In this document: piece by piece, positions 24,403 through 33,304 of the stretch
Position numbering within the stretch: the first letter of the stretch is position 1
How the letters are laid out: each line of letters starts with the position of its first letter
IMG/VR virus record: IMGVR_UViG_3300027026_000023
Location: 1-40,324 of that record
Origin: a virus
Lineage: Duplodnaviria > Caudoviricetes
DNA length: 40,324 bases
Reading direction: 5' to 3' (one strand)
Translations under genes and position numbers: made by a program
The notes under the pieces: model-generated
Told to the model about the DNA's origin: nothing
Seen by the model: the letters and a program-made list of their open reading frames with translations, nothing else
Database searches by the model: none

Positions 24403-25083
24403 ATGCCGCCCCGCAGCTTTTCAATAAATTCCCCCAAGCTCCAGACGAGCTTTCTCAAGTTCGAACTCAACCCTGATTTCAATCGCGAACAGGGTGTCCT
24501 GATGGCCGGTGATGGCGCCAGCCGCGCCGTGGTCATCGGCCAGCCGCTTGGCTTGGGTGATGGCGATGATCCGGAGGCTTCGGCCGTCGCCGGCAATGTT
24601 GGCGATGGCACAATCACTCTCGCCGATCCGGCCCTGGGTGCAGGTGTCGTTCCCGGCATCTATCGCCTGGTCTGTGCAACCGAAGCGGCCAATGGCGGCA
24701 CTTTCCATGTGTTCGATCCGGCCGGTGCCAATATTGGCACGGCCACTGTCGGCGTGGCCTTTGACGGGGTGATCAAATTCACCATCGCCGATGGCGCGGA
24801 AGACTTCGATATCGGTGACGCCTTCGAAGTTCTGGTGCATCCGGGCACCAAACTCAAGGAATGGGACCCGGAGGCCGTTGATGGCAGCCAGGTCTTTGAC
24901 AGCTTCGCCATCATGCCGGCGACCGCTCCCGATGGAACGGACGTCTCCATCCTGACCCTGGCACGGGGTCCGGCCATCGTTGCCAGCGACGGGCTTGCCC
25001 TTCCTGACGACATCACTGCTGACCAGCGGGCCGCGCTCTACGCCGCTACCGAGGCCAAGGGCATCATCATCCGGCTGAGCTGA
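24403..25083 (+). CDS. Head decoration protein (gpD-like) with inserted beta domain
   Basis: Between protease and capsid; WDPEAVDGSQ...ARGPAIV...L..P...GII motifs; GGAGGG RBS. Confidence 0.85.
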   Translation: MPPRSFSINSPKLQTSFLKFELNPDFNREQGVLMAGDGASRAVVIGQPLGLGDGDDPEASAVAGNVGDGTITLADPALGAGVVPGIYRLVCATEAANGGTFHVFDPAGANIGTATVGVAFDGVIKFTIADGAEDFDIGDAFEVLVHPGTKLKEWDPEAVDGSQVFDSFAIMPATAPDGTDVSILTLARGPAIVASDGLALPDDITADQRAALYAATEAKGIIIRLS

Positions 25084-25109
25084 TCGGGCTCACGCTGACC
25101 GTCAATCCC

Positions 25110-25136
25110 GGGCCGCGACAGCGGCCCTTTTCTTTT
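25110..25136 (+). terminator. Terminator-like hairpin before the capsid gene
   Basis: GGGCCGC-gaca-GCGGCCC-TTTTCTTTT. Confidence 0.6.
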
Positions 25137-25150
25137 GAAAGGACCGAGGC

Positions 25151-26200
25151 ATGGACCCGGAAGATTTCAACTTTCCCTATACCCATGTTGACCTGACCGA
25201 GCAGGTCAACCGTATCCCCAATTCCTATGGCCTGATCCGGGCCATGGGCCTGTTCGACAATGAGGGGACCATCTCGACCATCGTCGAAATCCGCATCGAG
25301 AATGGCGTGTTGCGCGTGCTGCCGGCCAAGGATCGCGGTGCCCCCGGTACGCCGGCGCAGCGTGAGGCGGGTAACACGATCTTTGTCGAAGTGCCGCACT
25401 TCCCGGACCTGGACCTGATCTCGCCGCAGGATATCCAGAACCTGATGATCATTGTCGGCCGCTCCAAGCGTCCCGCGACGCTCGACGACGAGATGGTCAA
25501 GCGCCTGGCCAATATCCGCAACAATCATGACATCACCCTTGAATATATGCGGATGGGGGCGCTCAAGGGCCTGATCAAGGATGGGAACGGGCAGACGATC
25601 TACAACCTCTATGAGGTCTTCAATCAGACGCCGCAGGAAGTCGATTTCCTGCTCGGAACCGATGGTACGGACGTGATCGCCAAGTGCGATCAGGTGTTCC
25701 AGAAGGTGTCGGAGAACCTGCGCGGCGAAACCATGTCTGGCGTCGAGGTGCTGGTCGACAACACCTTCTTCAATCGCCTGATCCAGCATCCCAAGGTGGA
25801 AAAATACTGGACCACCAACCAGGCCGGGATTCAGGCGATCGCGCAGATGGAGCGACAGAACCTTGGTGGGCAGTGGGGGCGCGTGTTCGACTTCCAGAAC
25901 CTGCGGTTCCGCGAATATTACGGTTCGGCGCCGGTGCGCAATGTCAACAATGAAGTGGTCAATGAGCGCTTCATTGCGACCAATGAGGGCCACGCCTTCC
26001 CGACCGGTACCCGCGACACTTTCAAGACCTGGTTCGCGCCTGCCAATGACGTGCGCTTCGTCAATACGGTGGGCCAGGACATCTACATCTCGCCCGACAT
26101 CCTCAAGCACGGCGCCGGGATCGAGCTCAAGTCCGAGAGCAATCCGCTCGCCATCTGCAAGCGCCCCGAAGTCCTGATCAAGGTCAAATCCTCGAACTGA
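25151..26200 (+). CDS. Major capsid protein (lambda gpE family)
   Basis: 349 aa; LTEQVNRIP, T.EYMRMGALKG, FREY, FAPAN, SESNPLAICKRP; host-like codon bias. Confidence 0.95.
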   Translation: MDPEDFNFPYTHVDLTEQVNRIPNSYGLIRAMGLFDNEGTISTIVEIRIENGVLRVLPAKDRGAPGTPAQREAGNTIFVEVPHFPDLDLISPQDIQNLMIIVGRSKRPATLDDEMVKRLANIRNNHDITLEYMRMGALKGLIKDGNGQTIYNLYEVFNQTPQEVDFLLGTDGTDVIAKCDQVFQKVSENLRGETMSGVEVLVDNTFFNRLIQHPKVEKYWTTNQAGIQAIAQMERQNLGGQWGRVFDFQNLRFREYYGSAPVRNVNNEVVNERFIATNEGHAFPTGTRDTFKTWFAPANDVRFVNTVGQDIYISPDILKHGAGIELKSESNPLAICKRPEVLIKVKSSN

Positions 26201-26273
26201 TCCGGGCTGTCGCAGCCTCCAGGCCCGCCCCTTGGCGGACCTGGATACGGCCACAGCACCAAAGGAGATTGCC

Positions 26274-26513
26274 ATGACCGACACCAGTCAGCCGGCCAAG
26301 AAGCCGGCCCGATCCACCAGCAGCAAGTCCAGGGCAAAGGTCAAATCTGCGGCGCAGGTTGGGGGGCAAGAAACCGTGGTCCTGCGCCAAGATGTCGAAG
26401 GGTTGGGGGTGGCCGGCCAGCACGTTCCCATGCCACCCGCTAAGGCGCTGGAACTGCGCCAATCCGGCCAGGCGCGGCGCCTGCGCTATTCCGACCTGCA
26501 GAGCCGGGCCTAG
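26274..26513 (+). CDS. Hypothetical protein in the gpFI position
   Basis: AAGGAG RBS; basic low-complexity N-terminus and small C-terminal domain. Confidence 0.7.
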   Translation: MTDTSQPAKKPARSTSSKSRAKVKSAAQVGGQETVVLRQDVEGLGVAGQHVPMPPAKALELRQSGQARRLRYSDLQSRA

Positions 26514-26516
26514 ATC

Positions 26517-26840
26517 ATGCGTCGCGACCTCGTGCAGAAGATGCTGGGTGCCATTCAGGACCGGCTGTTCGAGGACGTTGACGTCGTTATTGATGGGGCT
26601 GCCCCGGTGACGCGGCTCAAGGCAATTTCCGGCATCGTCGTGTCGCGGGAGCGGTTTGACGAGTTCGGCGTGGCCATGCGTGCCGGCACGCATGTGACCC
26701 GCGGTTTGCTTTCGGCGCTGCCTGGCCTTGCCAAAGGTCATGTCTTGGTGACCGAGGAAGGTCAGTTCAGTGTGCTGGATTTCGAACCTGTCGACGATGG
26801 CCGGTTCGAAATCCTGATCAGTCTCACGAAGCTGTCATGA
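26517..26840 (+). CDS. Head-tail joining protein (gpFII-like)
   Basis: Size, beta-rich pattern and synteny. Confidence 0.65.
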   Translation: MRRDLVQKMLGAIQDRLFEDVDVVIDGAAPVTRLKAISGIVVSRERFDEFGVAMRAGTHVTRGLLSALPGLAKGHVLVTEEGQFSVLDFEPVDDGRFEILISLTKLS

Positions 26841-27484
26841 GACTGGTCGCGGCCCTTGAGGGGCGCCTCACGGATATTCTCGACGCGGAGGCAGAAGAGG
26901 GCGCGCGGGCCGTCACGCAGTCCGTGCGCAATGTTACCGGCTGGGGGCAAAACCGGCTGCGCCAACAAGTCATGGGTAGCCTGGGATCGGTTCGCCTGGC
27001 CAATGCCTGGCGCATGCAGGTCGATCCGCGGGCGCCGGTGAACTCCTATGGGGCGGCGGGCCGCATCTGGTCGAATGCGCCGCATATTGTGGATGCATTC
27101 TCGCGGGTCCAGGCCATCCGCAGCCCGAACGGCTTCTACCTTGCCATTCCATCGCCGGATGCGCCCAAATCCTTCATGGGCAAGCGCGTGTCGCCATCCA
27201 ACTGGCCTGACGCGCGCTTCGGACCGCTGCGCTATGTCTATCGCAAAACCGGCGCGTCGCTGCTGGTGGTGGATGCGGTGCGGCGCAACAAGGCCGGCAA
27301 GGTGTCGCGGCGCATCAAGGACGGCGGGATTACCAAAACCGGGCGCTACGCCAAGGGCTGGTCCAGCGTGGTGATGTTTTACCTCGTGCCCATGGTTCGG
27401 ATGCCCAAACACCTCGATCCGCAATCCGTCTACGACGCCATGGATTCCCGCCTGGTGGACGAAATCGTGCGCAACTGGAGGTAG
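26837..27484 (+). CDS. DUF6441-like neck/tail completion protein
   Basis: LRQQV...RLANAWR...AP.IVDAF...IRS..G.YLAIP...FYLVP.V.MPK.LD; basic protein in the gpZ position. Confidence 0.75.
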   Translation: MRLVAALEGRLTDILDAEAEEGARAVTQSVRNVTGWGQNRLRQQVMGSLGSVRLANAWRMQVDPRAPVNSYGAAGRIWSNAPHIVDAFSRVQAIRSPNGFYLAIPSPDAPKSFMGKRVSPSNWPDARFGPLRYVYRKTGASLLVVDAVRRNKAGKVSRRIKDGGITKTGRYAKGWSSVVMFYLVPMVRMPKHLDPQSVYDAMDSRLVDEIVRNWR

Positions 27485-27488
27485 TTCG

Positions 27489-27917
27489 ATGGCCAGCAAG
27501 CGCGAAACCAATATCGCCGGTCTCTATGCTGCCCTGGCGGCAGTTCCGGGATATGCGCTCAAGCGCAATCTGCCGCTCGACGATCTCGATGAGGGATTTC
27601 AGACCCTGCAGGACGGTCCGGCGAGCGAATTGACCGACGAATTCTTCAATGGTCCGGTCTTTGAGTTCACGGCCAGGCCGGTGCTGGTGATCGTTGTGCG
27701 CCATGCCGACGAGGCGCAGCGGGACAGCCTGCTGGATGCGGCAATCGAAGCCTTTCGGGCTGCGGCGGAAGCAGCTTTGCCCTTCGGTGCCAATGTGACG
27801 GCCATACGGGTGCTGCCGCCCGAGACGGCGCCACGGGAAATCTGGGGTGCCCTGCCGCTCAAGGGTGCCGAGATGACTATTGAAATCGATTATTGGGCCG
27901 AAACCTCGGCCGGCTGA
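27489..27917 (+). CDS. Tail terminator-like protein (gpU position)
   Basis: MASKRE N-terminus, acidic, immediately before the tail tube gene. Confidence 0.65.
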   Translation: MASKRETNIAGLYAALAAVPGYALKRNLPLDDLDEGFQTLQDGPASELTDEFFNGPVFEFTARPVLVIVVRHADEAQRDSLLDAAIEAFRAAAEAALPFGANVTAIRVLPPETAPREIWGALPLKGAEMTIEIDYWAETSAG

Positions 27918-27935
27918 CCTGATCAGGAGAGAGAC

Positions 27936-28922
27936 ATGGCCAAGCAACGCGCGGTTGGCGCGGATGTCGTCAACCTCATTGGCTTTGAAGCCACCTATGG
28001 CACCCCGCCAGACGGATCGGGCGGTGGCGTCTATTACCGCGTCCCCATGCGCCAATATGGATTGTCGCCGGAGCAGCCACCGGAAGATGACCCTACCTGG
28101 AACCTGGGTTCGCCCGATGCTGGCGATCCGGTGCAGGGGCCGGTGATCGTCAATGACGCGATGACGGTGCCGATGTGCGCGCGCAATCTGGGCGTGGTGC
28201 TGAAGACTGTGTTCGGAGCGCCCGACAGCGCAGAGACGGGCGTTGACAGCGGCGTTTTCGAGCATGAATTTGTGTCGGGGCAGGAATTGCTGAGCTTTGC
28301 CAGCCAGACCGGGCATCCGTTGCTCTCGACGCCCAAATGGAACACCGTTTATGGGACGAAGGCGGGCGGGCTTAATTTCGATCTGGCCCGTACCGGCCGC
28401 GCCCTGGCTGAGGTGCCGCTGATCGGGCAGGGCGAAACCAGCGATGTCGGTGGTGCGCGTGACGCAACGCCAATCCAGCTGGCCTATCTGCCCTTCGATA
28501 ATGCCAAGGCCGCGATCACGGTGGGGGGCAGTGCCATCGGCAATGTCAGTGCGGGCCGGGCACAGTACACCAACAGCCTGGAGAGCGCGGAGAATATCCG
28601 GGCTGACGGGTTGATCGATGGCGTGGATGAAGGCGAGCGCATGTGCACCGGCACGCTGGATGTGCGCTACAGCACGTCTACCGCGCTCGAGACTTTGGCC
28701 AACGCCAAAACCCCTGCCGCTGTGGTGATCACCTATGGCCTGGCCTCACACCCTGATTTCAGCCTGGTCATCACCATGCCGCGGGTGTTTTTCTTCAAGC
28801 CGAAGCTGCCGATCAATGGCCCAGGCGGGATCAGCCAGAGCTGGCAGTGGCGCGCGGCCCGTGACCCTGACCTGGGCTACCTCATGTCTGTTGTGCTGAC
28901 CAATGACGTGGACAGCTACTGA
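27936..28922 (+). CDS. Major tail tube protein
   Basis: FEATYGTPP, YTNSLE...IRADG.I.G.D, KLPINGPGGI...W.AA, LTNDVDSY (Phage_tube_2-like); AGGAGAG RBS. Confidence 0.9.
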   Translation: MAKQRAVGADVVNLIGFEATYGTPPDGSGGGVYYRVPMRQYGLSPEQPPEDDPTWNLGSPDAGDPVQGPVIVNDAMTVPMCARNLGVVLKTVFGAPDSAETGVDSGVFEHEFVSGQELLSFASQTGHPLLSTPKWNTVYGTKAGGLNFDLARTGRALAEVPLIGQGETSDVGGARDATPIQLAYLPFDNAKAAITVGGSAIGNVSAGRAQYTNSLESAENIRADGLIDGVDEGERMCTGTLDVRYSTSTALETLANAKTPAAVVITYGLASHPDFSLVITMPRVFFFKPKLPINGPGGISQSWQWRAARDPDLGYLMSVVLTNDVDSY

Positions 28923-29338
28923 TGGATATTGGTGAAACTGACCGCAAAACGCCCCGTTGGCTGGATCTGGCCGACGGGGTTTCCGTGTTTGCTCTGCCGG
29001 TGACCACGCCCATCAGCTATGCGGCCCGGTCTCGGGCGGACCATATGGTGGTGCAGGCGATCGAGGGTGGCGAAGCCGTGAGCCGCGCCGGTGGACATGT
29101 GACTGGCCTGCCTGATCTTAGCGATGAGGTCGAGCGCAATGGCGTCTGGACCTATTTCTATCTAATCGGCATAGCCGAACTGACGGTCAGCGACTGGAAG
29201 GGCGTGCAGGAGCGTGGCGCCGACATTCCTTTCGATTCGGCCAAGCTGGCGGCCGTGATCGCCGACCCTGTGGTCAGTAACGCCTTTAGTCAGAAACAGC
29301 TCCAGCGCCACAACCGGATCGCCCGCGAGGGAAACTGA
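28922..29338 (+). CDS. Tail assembly chaperone (gpG-like)
   Basis: Between tube and tape measure; ends in slippery G GGA AAC TGA. Confidence 0.85.
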   Translation: MDIGETDRKTPRWLDLADGVSVFALPVTTPISYAARSRADHMVVQAIEGGEAVSRAGGHVTGLPDLSDEVERNGVWTYFYLIGIAELTVSDWKGVQERGADIPFDSAKLAAVIADPVVSNAFSQKQLQRHNRIAREGN

Positions 29339-29691
29339 TTGCGCTCCTTGCCGCCTGGCATTGGGGGCGCGGCAAGGGGCGCAAATATTGTGAAGGCTGC
29401 AAGGTAACGGGCGCTGCATGCGCGACCACGCAGCCGGGAGACTGCCCCTATCATGCCCATGCCCCGAAGTCGGATGAGGGGCGCATGGCCTGGGGGTTGT
29501 TCATGGATGACGCGCACCGCTTGCGGCTTTCCCCCGGGGGCGCAGTGCTTGGTGTCGACATGGATCGCGCCCTGCGCCGGCTGATGCTGGCCGGGGTTGA
29601 TGGCGACGAGGCGGAAACACTGTTGGCCGGCTGCGAGCGTGGTCTCGTCAAGGCACTGAGCGAAAAGGATGACGATGGTGAACCGGAATAA
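28922..29691 (+). CDS. gpGT-like -1 frameshift product
   Basis: GGGAAAC at 29329-29335; the -1 frame is open from 29335 to TAA 29691 and includes ORF 29485-29691. Confidence 0.8.
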
Positions 29692-31726
29692 GGAAGTGGG
29701 TGTCCGCGTCTCGCTAAAGGGCGGTGCGGATACGCTCCGGCGCTTTCATGAACTGGGTCTGGAAGGGCACCGCGCCCTGGCCCAGATCGAAGCCCAGGGC
29801 CGGGAAGCCAATGCCGTGCTCAAGCAGATCAATGCGAGCGCGCAGGTGAGCCGGGAGGTCTTTGGTGGATTGCAGCGGCTGCGCGGCGGTGTGGCCGGAC
29901 TGGTCACTGGCCTTGTGGCCAATGCCACCGTGCAGCAGGTGCGTGACGTGGCGCGCGGCGTGGCGGAAGTCGGTGATGCCGCCAAGCGGGCAGGCCTCGA
30001 CATCAGGGCTTTCCAGGAGCTGAAGTATGTTGCCGAGCAGAACCGCATCGGCGTTGACCAGCTGGTGGACGGCATAAAGGAACTGAACCTGCGGGCTGAT
30101 GAATTCATCACCACAGGGGGCGGCTCAGCTGCCGAGGCGTTTGAGAGGCTGGGCTACAATGCCGAGCGGCTGCGCGAAAAGCTCAAGGATCCTTCGGCGC
30201 TGTTCAGCGAAATCATCGGCAAGCTGCAATCGCTCGACCGTGCGGCGCAAATCCGCGTCATGGACGAGATATTCGGTGGTTCGGCCGGCGAGCTGTTTGT
30301 GCAGCTGATCGAGCAGGGTGAGCAGGGTATCCGCGATACGATCACAGCAGCGACCGAGCTGGGTGCGGTGCTGGACGAAGACCTGGTCAAGAAGGCCGAT
30401 GATCTGGACCGGAAGTTTTCCGAGATTGCCACCACGGTGGACCAGGGGCTGAAGCGGGTGATTGTTGAGGCGGCGCACCTTCTGGGCGTTTTTCTGGACC
30501 AGTTCAACTCGATCGAAAACCGCACTCAGATCAATCCTCTGCAGAACCAATTGGCCCATCTCTACAATCGACGGGCGGGTGTTAGGGACTCCATCGCCAC
30601 GCTGGAAGACGACATCGCAAAAATGGGCGAATTCAATCCGCTCAAGATGCTGAGACAAGGAGAGCTGGCGGAGCTTCGGCAGGAGTTTGAGGACCTAACG
30701 ACGGAAGCGGATCGCCTGTTGTCCCGTATAACGGAGCTCCAGGGTCGTGGCTCCACTCCGCCGGTTGTGCCAAAGATTGACCTGCCTGGGAGCCTGCCAA
30801 GCTGGGAGGACTTCAGCTCCACATTCAAGTCACCAACGTCTGGCGCCGGATCCAGTCGCAGTAGCACCACCACCGATGCCGATCGGCAAAGGGAGAAAAT
30901 TCGCGGCGTGGTGCAGGCTTTGCAGGATGAGCTTGCCGCGCTGAACATGACCGCCGTCGAGCGGGAGGTAATGAACCAGCTGCGCCGCGCCGGTGTGGAG
31001 GCGGCGTCCAGAGAAGGGCAGACAATCCGTGGCCTGGTCGAGCAGCTGGACAAGGAGCGGGATTCGATCGAGCTGGTCGAGAGTGCGATGGAAAGCCTTG
31101 GCGGAACGGCCAAGGACGTGCTGGGCAGCATCGTTTCGGGTTTTCGTGAAGGCAAGGAAGCTGGCGAGGTGCTGGCCGATGTCACTGACCGGCTTATCAA
31201 CAAGTTGCTGACAGGTGGCATCGATATGGGGGTCAATGCCCTGACGGGCTGGCTGTCGAGCGCGTTCCGACCGGCAACGGCAGGGTTTGTCCCCGGCCTC
31301 ACCGGCCCGTCACTCTTTGGCCAGGCGCATTCCGGTTGGCTGGTCGGCCGGGGCAGTGCGCCACAATCGCGGCATCTGGCGACCCTGCCGCGCATGCATA
31401 ATGGCGGCCTCAGCCGGGAAGAGGCGTTGATCGTCGCCCGCCGGGACGAAGGCGTGTTCACGCCACGCCAGATGGACAATGCCGACAGCCTTGTGCAGGC
31501 CCTGGTGCGCAATGCACAGCAGGCGCGGCAGCAGGCTGGCCCCCTGCATGTCGAGATTGTTAACCCGGCAGGCGACAAGCGGGTGGAAAGCGCGGAAATG
31601 CGGCAGGGCAGAGATGGCATTCCAATTGCCCGGGTCGTTCTGGCGGAGGTCAAGAACGGTTATGCCCGAGGCGAAATGGACGGGTTGATGCGCGAGCTTT
31701 ATGGCATCAACAGAAAGGGTCGATAG
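29675..31726 (+). CDS. Tape measure protein
   Basis: About 683 aa, helical Ala/Glu/Leu-rich; C-terminal AHSG...LPRMHNGG...E.VFTPRQ; follows G/GT. Confidence 0.9.
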   Translation: MVNRNKEVGVRVSLKGGADTLRRFHELGLEGHRALAQIEAQGREANAVLKQINASAQVSREVFGGLQRLRGGVAGLVTGLVANATVQQVRDVARGVAEVGDAAKRAGLDIRAFQELKYVAEQNRIGVDQLVDGIKELNLRADEFITTGGGSAAEAFERLGYNAERLREKLKDPSALFSEIIGKLQSLDRAAQIRVMDEIFGGSAGELFVQLIEQGEQGIRDTITAATELGAVLDEDLVKKADDLDRKFSEIATTVDQGLKRVIVEAAHLLGVFLDQFNSIENRTQINPLQNQLAHLYNRRAGVRDSIATLEDDIAKMGEFNPLKMLRQGELAELRQEFEDLTTEADRLLSRITELQGRGSTPPVVPKIDLPGSLPSWEDFSSTFKSPTSGAGSSRSSTTTDADRQREKIRGVVQALQDELAALNMTAVEREVMNQLRRAGVEAASREGQTIRGLVEQLDKERDSIELVESAMESLGGTAKDVLGSIVSGFREGKEAGEVLADVTDRLINKLLTGGIDMGVNALTGWLSSAFRPATAGFVPGLTGPSLFGQAHSGWLVGRGSAPQSRHLATLPRMHNGGLSREEALIVARRDEGVFTPRQMDNADSLVQALVRNAQQARQQAGPLHVEIVNPAGDKRVESAEMRQGRDGIPIARVVLAEVKNGYARGEMDGLMRELYGINRKGR

Positions 31727-31956
31727 TGAGTGTGACCGATTATCCCAGCAAACCGGGGGACCGCTGGAGCTTTGCCAACACAACCAGCGGCGCCCTGCAG
31801 GTCACCGTCACAGCGGGCGACGGCACTATCGTTGCTGCCAAGCTTCATCCTGGTGCCGAGATTGAGCTGGTCACTGGTGAAGCGGGGGCAATCGGGGTGA
31901 AAATCGAAAATGTGGATACTCCGGCGCGGCCCGCATTGGTGAGATCGGATGCCTGA
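31726..31956 (+). CDS. Hypothetical small beta-rich protein (76 aa)
   Basis: GTG start overlapping the TMP stop; fills the gap up to the next tail gene. Confidence 0.6.
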   Translation: MSVTDYPSKPGDRWSFANTTSGALQVTVTAGDGTIVAAKLHPGAEIELVTGEAGAIGVKIENVDTPARPALVRSDA

Positions 31957-32317
31957 AGCCTGGCCGGCCGACGTGCCACACACCCCTATTGCTGGCAGCT
32001 TTCAGGGCACGCCGTTTCGCGCGGCGGATGCAACTGAGTTCGAGGATGGACCTGCGCGGGCGCGGCGGCGATCCACCCTGCGGATCGCGACGCTGCGCTT
32101 TGCCATCCGCATGTCAAACGCCCAGTTCGATGCCTTTCACCTCTGGGTCAACGAGGTGCTGATCGATGGCACCTTGCCCTTTTACATGCCGGTGTGGCGT
32201 GGGGGCGGATTTGTCACCAAGCTCTGCCGCTTCACGCGCGGCGAACCCTTTTCCGACGATCCGGGCCAGGGGTTGCGGCACCGGGTATCGGTTTCGCTCG
32301 ATGTCGAGGATTATTGA
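31949..32317 (+). CDS. Distal tail protein (gpM-like)
   Basis: WP..P, TEFEDGPARARRR, F..W....L..G...F.MP; synteny. Confidence 0.75.
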   Translation: MPEAWPADVPHTPIAGSFQGTPFRAADATEFEDGPARARRRSTLRIATLRFAIRMSNAQFDAFHLWVNEVLIDGTLPFYMPVWRGGGFVTKLCRFTRGEPFSDDPGQGLRHRVSVSLDVEDY

Positions 32318-32883
32318 TGACGGATTGGTCTCAGGCTCTTGAAGAAGCCTATGCATCGGCGCCGGCAGATGAATTCGTGGTGTCCACATTGGAACTCATT
32401 CACCCCGCATTCGTGGATGAGAGCGACAATGCGGACAGTGTGCGCATCGTCCTGGACGAGCGCGACTGGGACCTGACACTTGAAGCGGATGCGCCACTCT
32501 TTGGTGGAGAGACCAAGACCTTTCAGGCCCTGGCCATGGACGTAACCTTGCCCGAGCAGGTTGACGGGCAGATGGGCAGCATCAAGCTGGCGCTCGACAA
32601 TGTGCCGCGCACGGTGTGGCCGAAGCTGCAAGCGGCTGCAAAGGTGCGCGCATCGGCCAGGCTGGTCTATCGGGAGTGGGTGGCGGTGCGCGATGCCGAG
32701 AGTGGCGCCTATGTCGCCAGCACTGCGCCGGACCTGATTATCGGCGACCTGACCATGCGGGTGGTTTCCGCCTCGGTCCTGCGGATCGAGGGGACGGCAA
32801 CCTTTGTCGACCTGCTCAACAAGGGGTTTCCCCGGCGCACGTTCAGCCGGGAGGATTTCCCTGGCTTGTTCGGAGCGGATTGA
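32317..32883 (+). CDS. DUF1833 / gpL-like tail tip protein
   Basis: ALEEAYASAP...TLELIHP...LDNV...DLLNKGFPRRTF...FPGL; TGATG coupling. Confidence 0.82.
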   Translation: MTDWSQALEEAYASAPADEFVVSTLELIHPAFVDESDNADSVRIVLDERDWDLTLEADAPLFGGETKTFQALAMDVTLPEQVDGQMGSIKLALDNVPRTVWPKLQAAAKVRASARLVYREWVAVRDAESGAYVASTAPDLIIGDLTMRVVSASVLRIEGTATFVDLLNKGFPRRTFSREDFPGLFGAD

Positions 32884-33290
32884 TGGATCGGGTGGCGATC
32901 ATCAATGGCCTGATCGGCCGGCCATATGATCTGGGTGGGCGGGCGCCGGGCAGTATTAACTGCTATGGCTGCGCACGGATCCTGCAGCGCGAGATTTTCG
33001 GGCGTGACATGCCGGACTTTGCCATGCCGGGAACGGCCGGGCGGCAGGGGATCGCGGCGGCCATCGCCGTGCACCCAGAGCGCGGCCGCTGGCAGGAAAT
33101 CGGTGCGCCTGAGGATGGCGCATTGGTGACCATGGCGCGCAATGATTGCGGCTATCATATTGGCACCTGGCTGGCTGAGGATGGCGGCATCATCGTGCAT
33201 GCCCTGGAGGTGGTGGGCGTCGTTGCCGACACAACCAGCTCGCTTCAGGCGGTCGGCTGGCGCCGCTTTCGCTTTCATAGACCCCTCTAA
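32883..33290 (+). CDS. NlpC/P60-family tail assembly protein (gpK-like)
   Basis: IGRPY..GGR....NCYG catalytic Cys, HIG and VHA His residues; TGATG coupling. Confidence 0.85.
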   Translation: MDRVAIINGLIGRPYDLGGRAPGSINCYGCARILQREIFGRDMPDFAMPGTAGRQGIAAAIAVHPERGRWQEIGAPEDGALVTMARNDCGYHIGTWLAEDGGIIVHALEVVGVVADTTSSLQAVGWRRFRFHRPL

Positions 33291-33304
33291 TCCGAGAGCA
33301 TTTG

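Noticed and set aside
26218-26245. Hairpin after the capsid gene as a terminator
   Set aside because: No U-tract; more likely an mRNA-stabilising stem. The same applies to the weak hairpin at 24353-24374.
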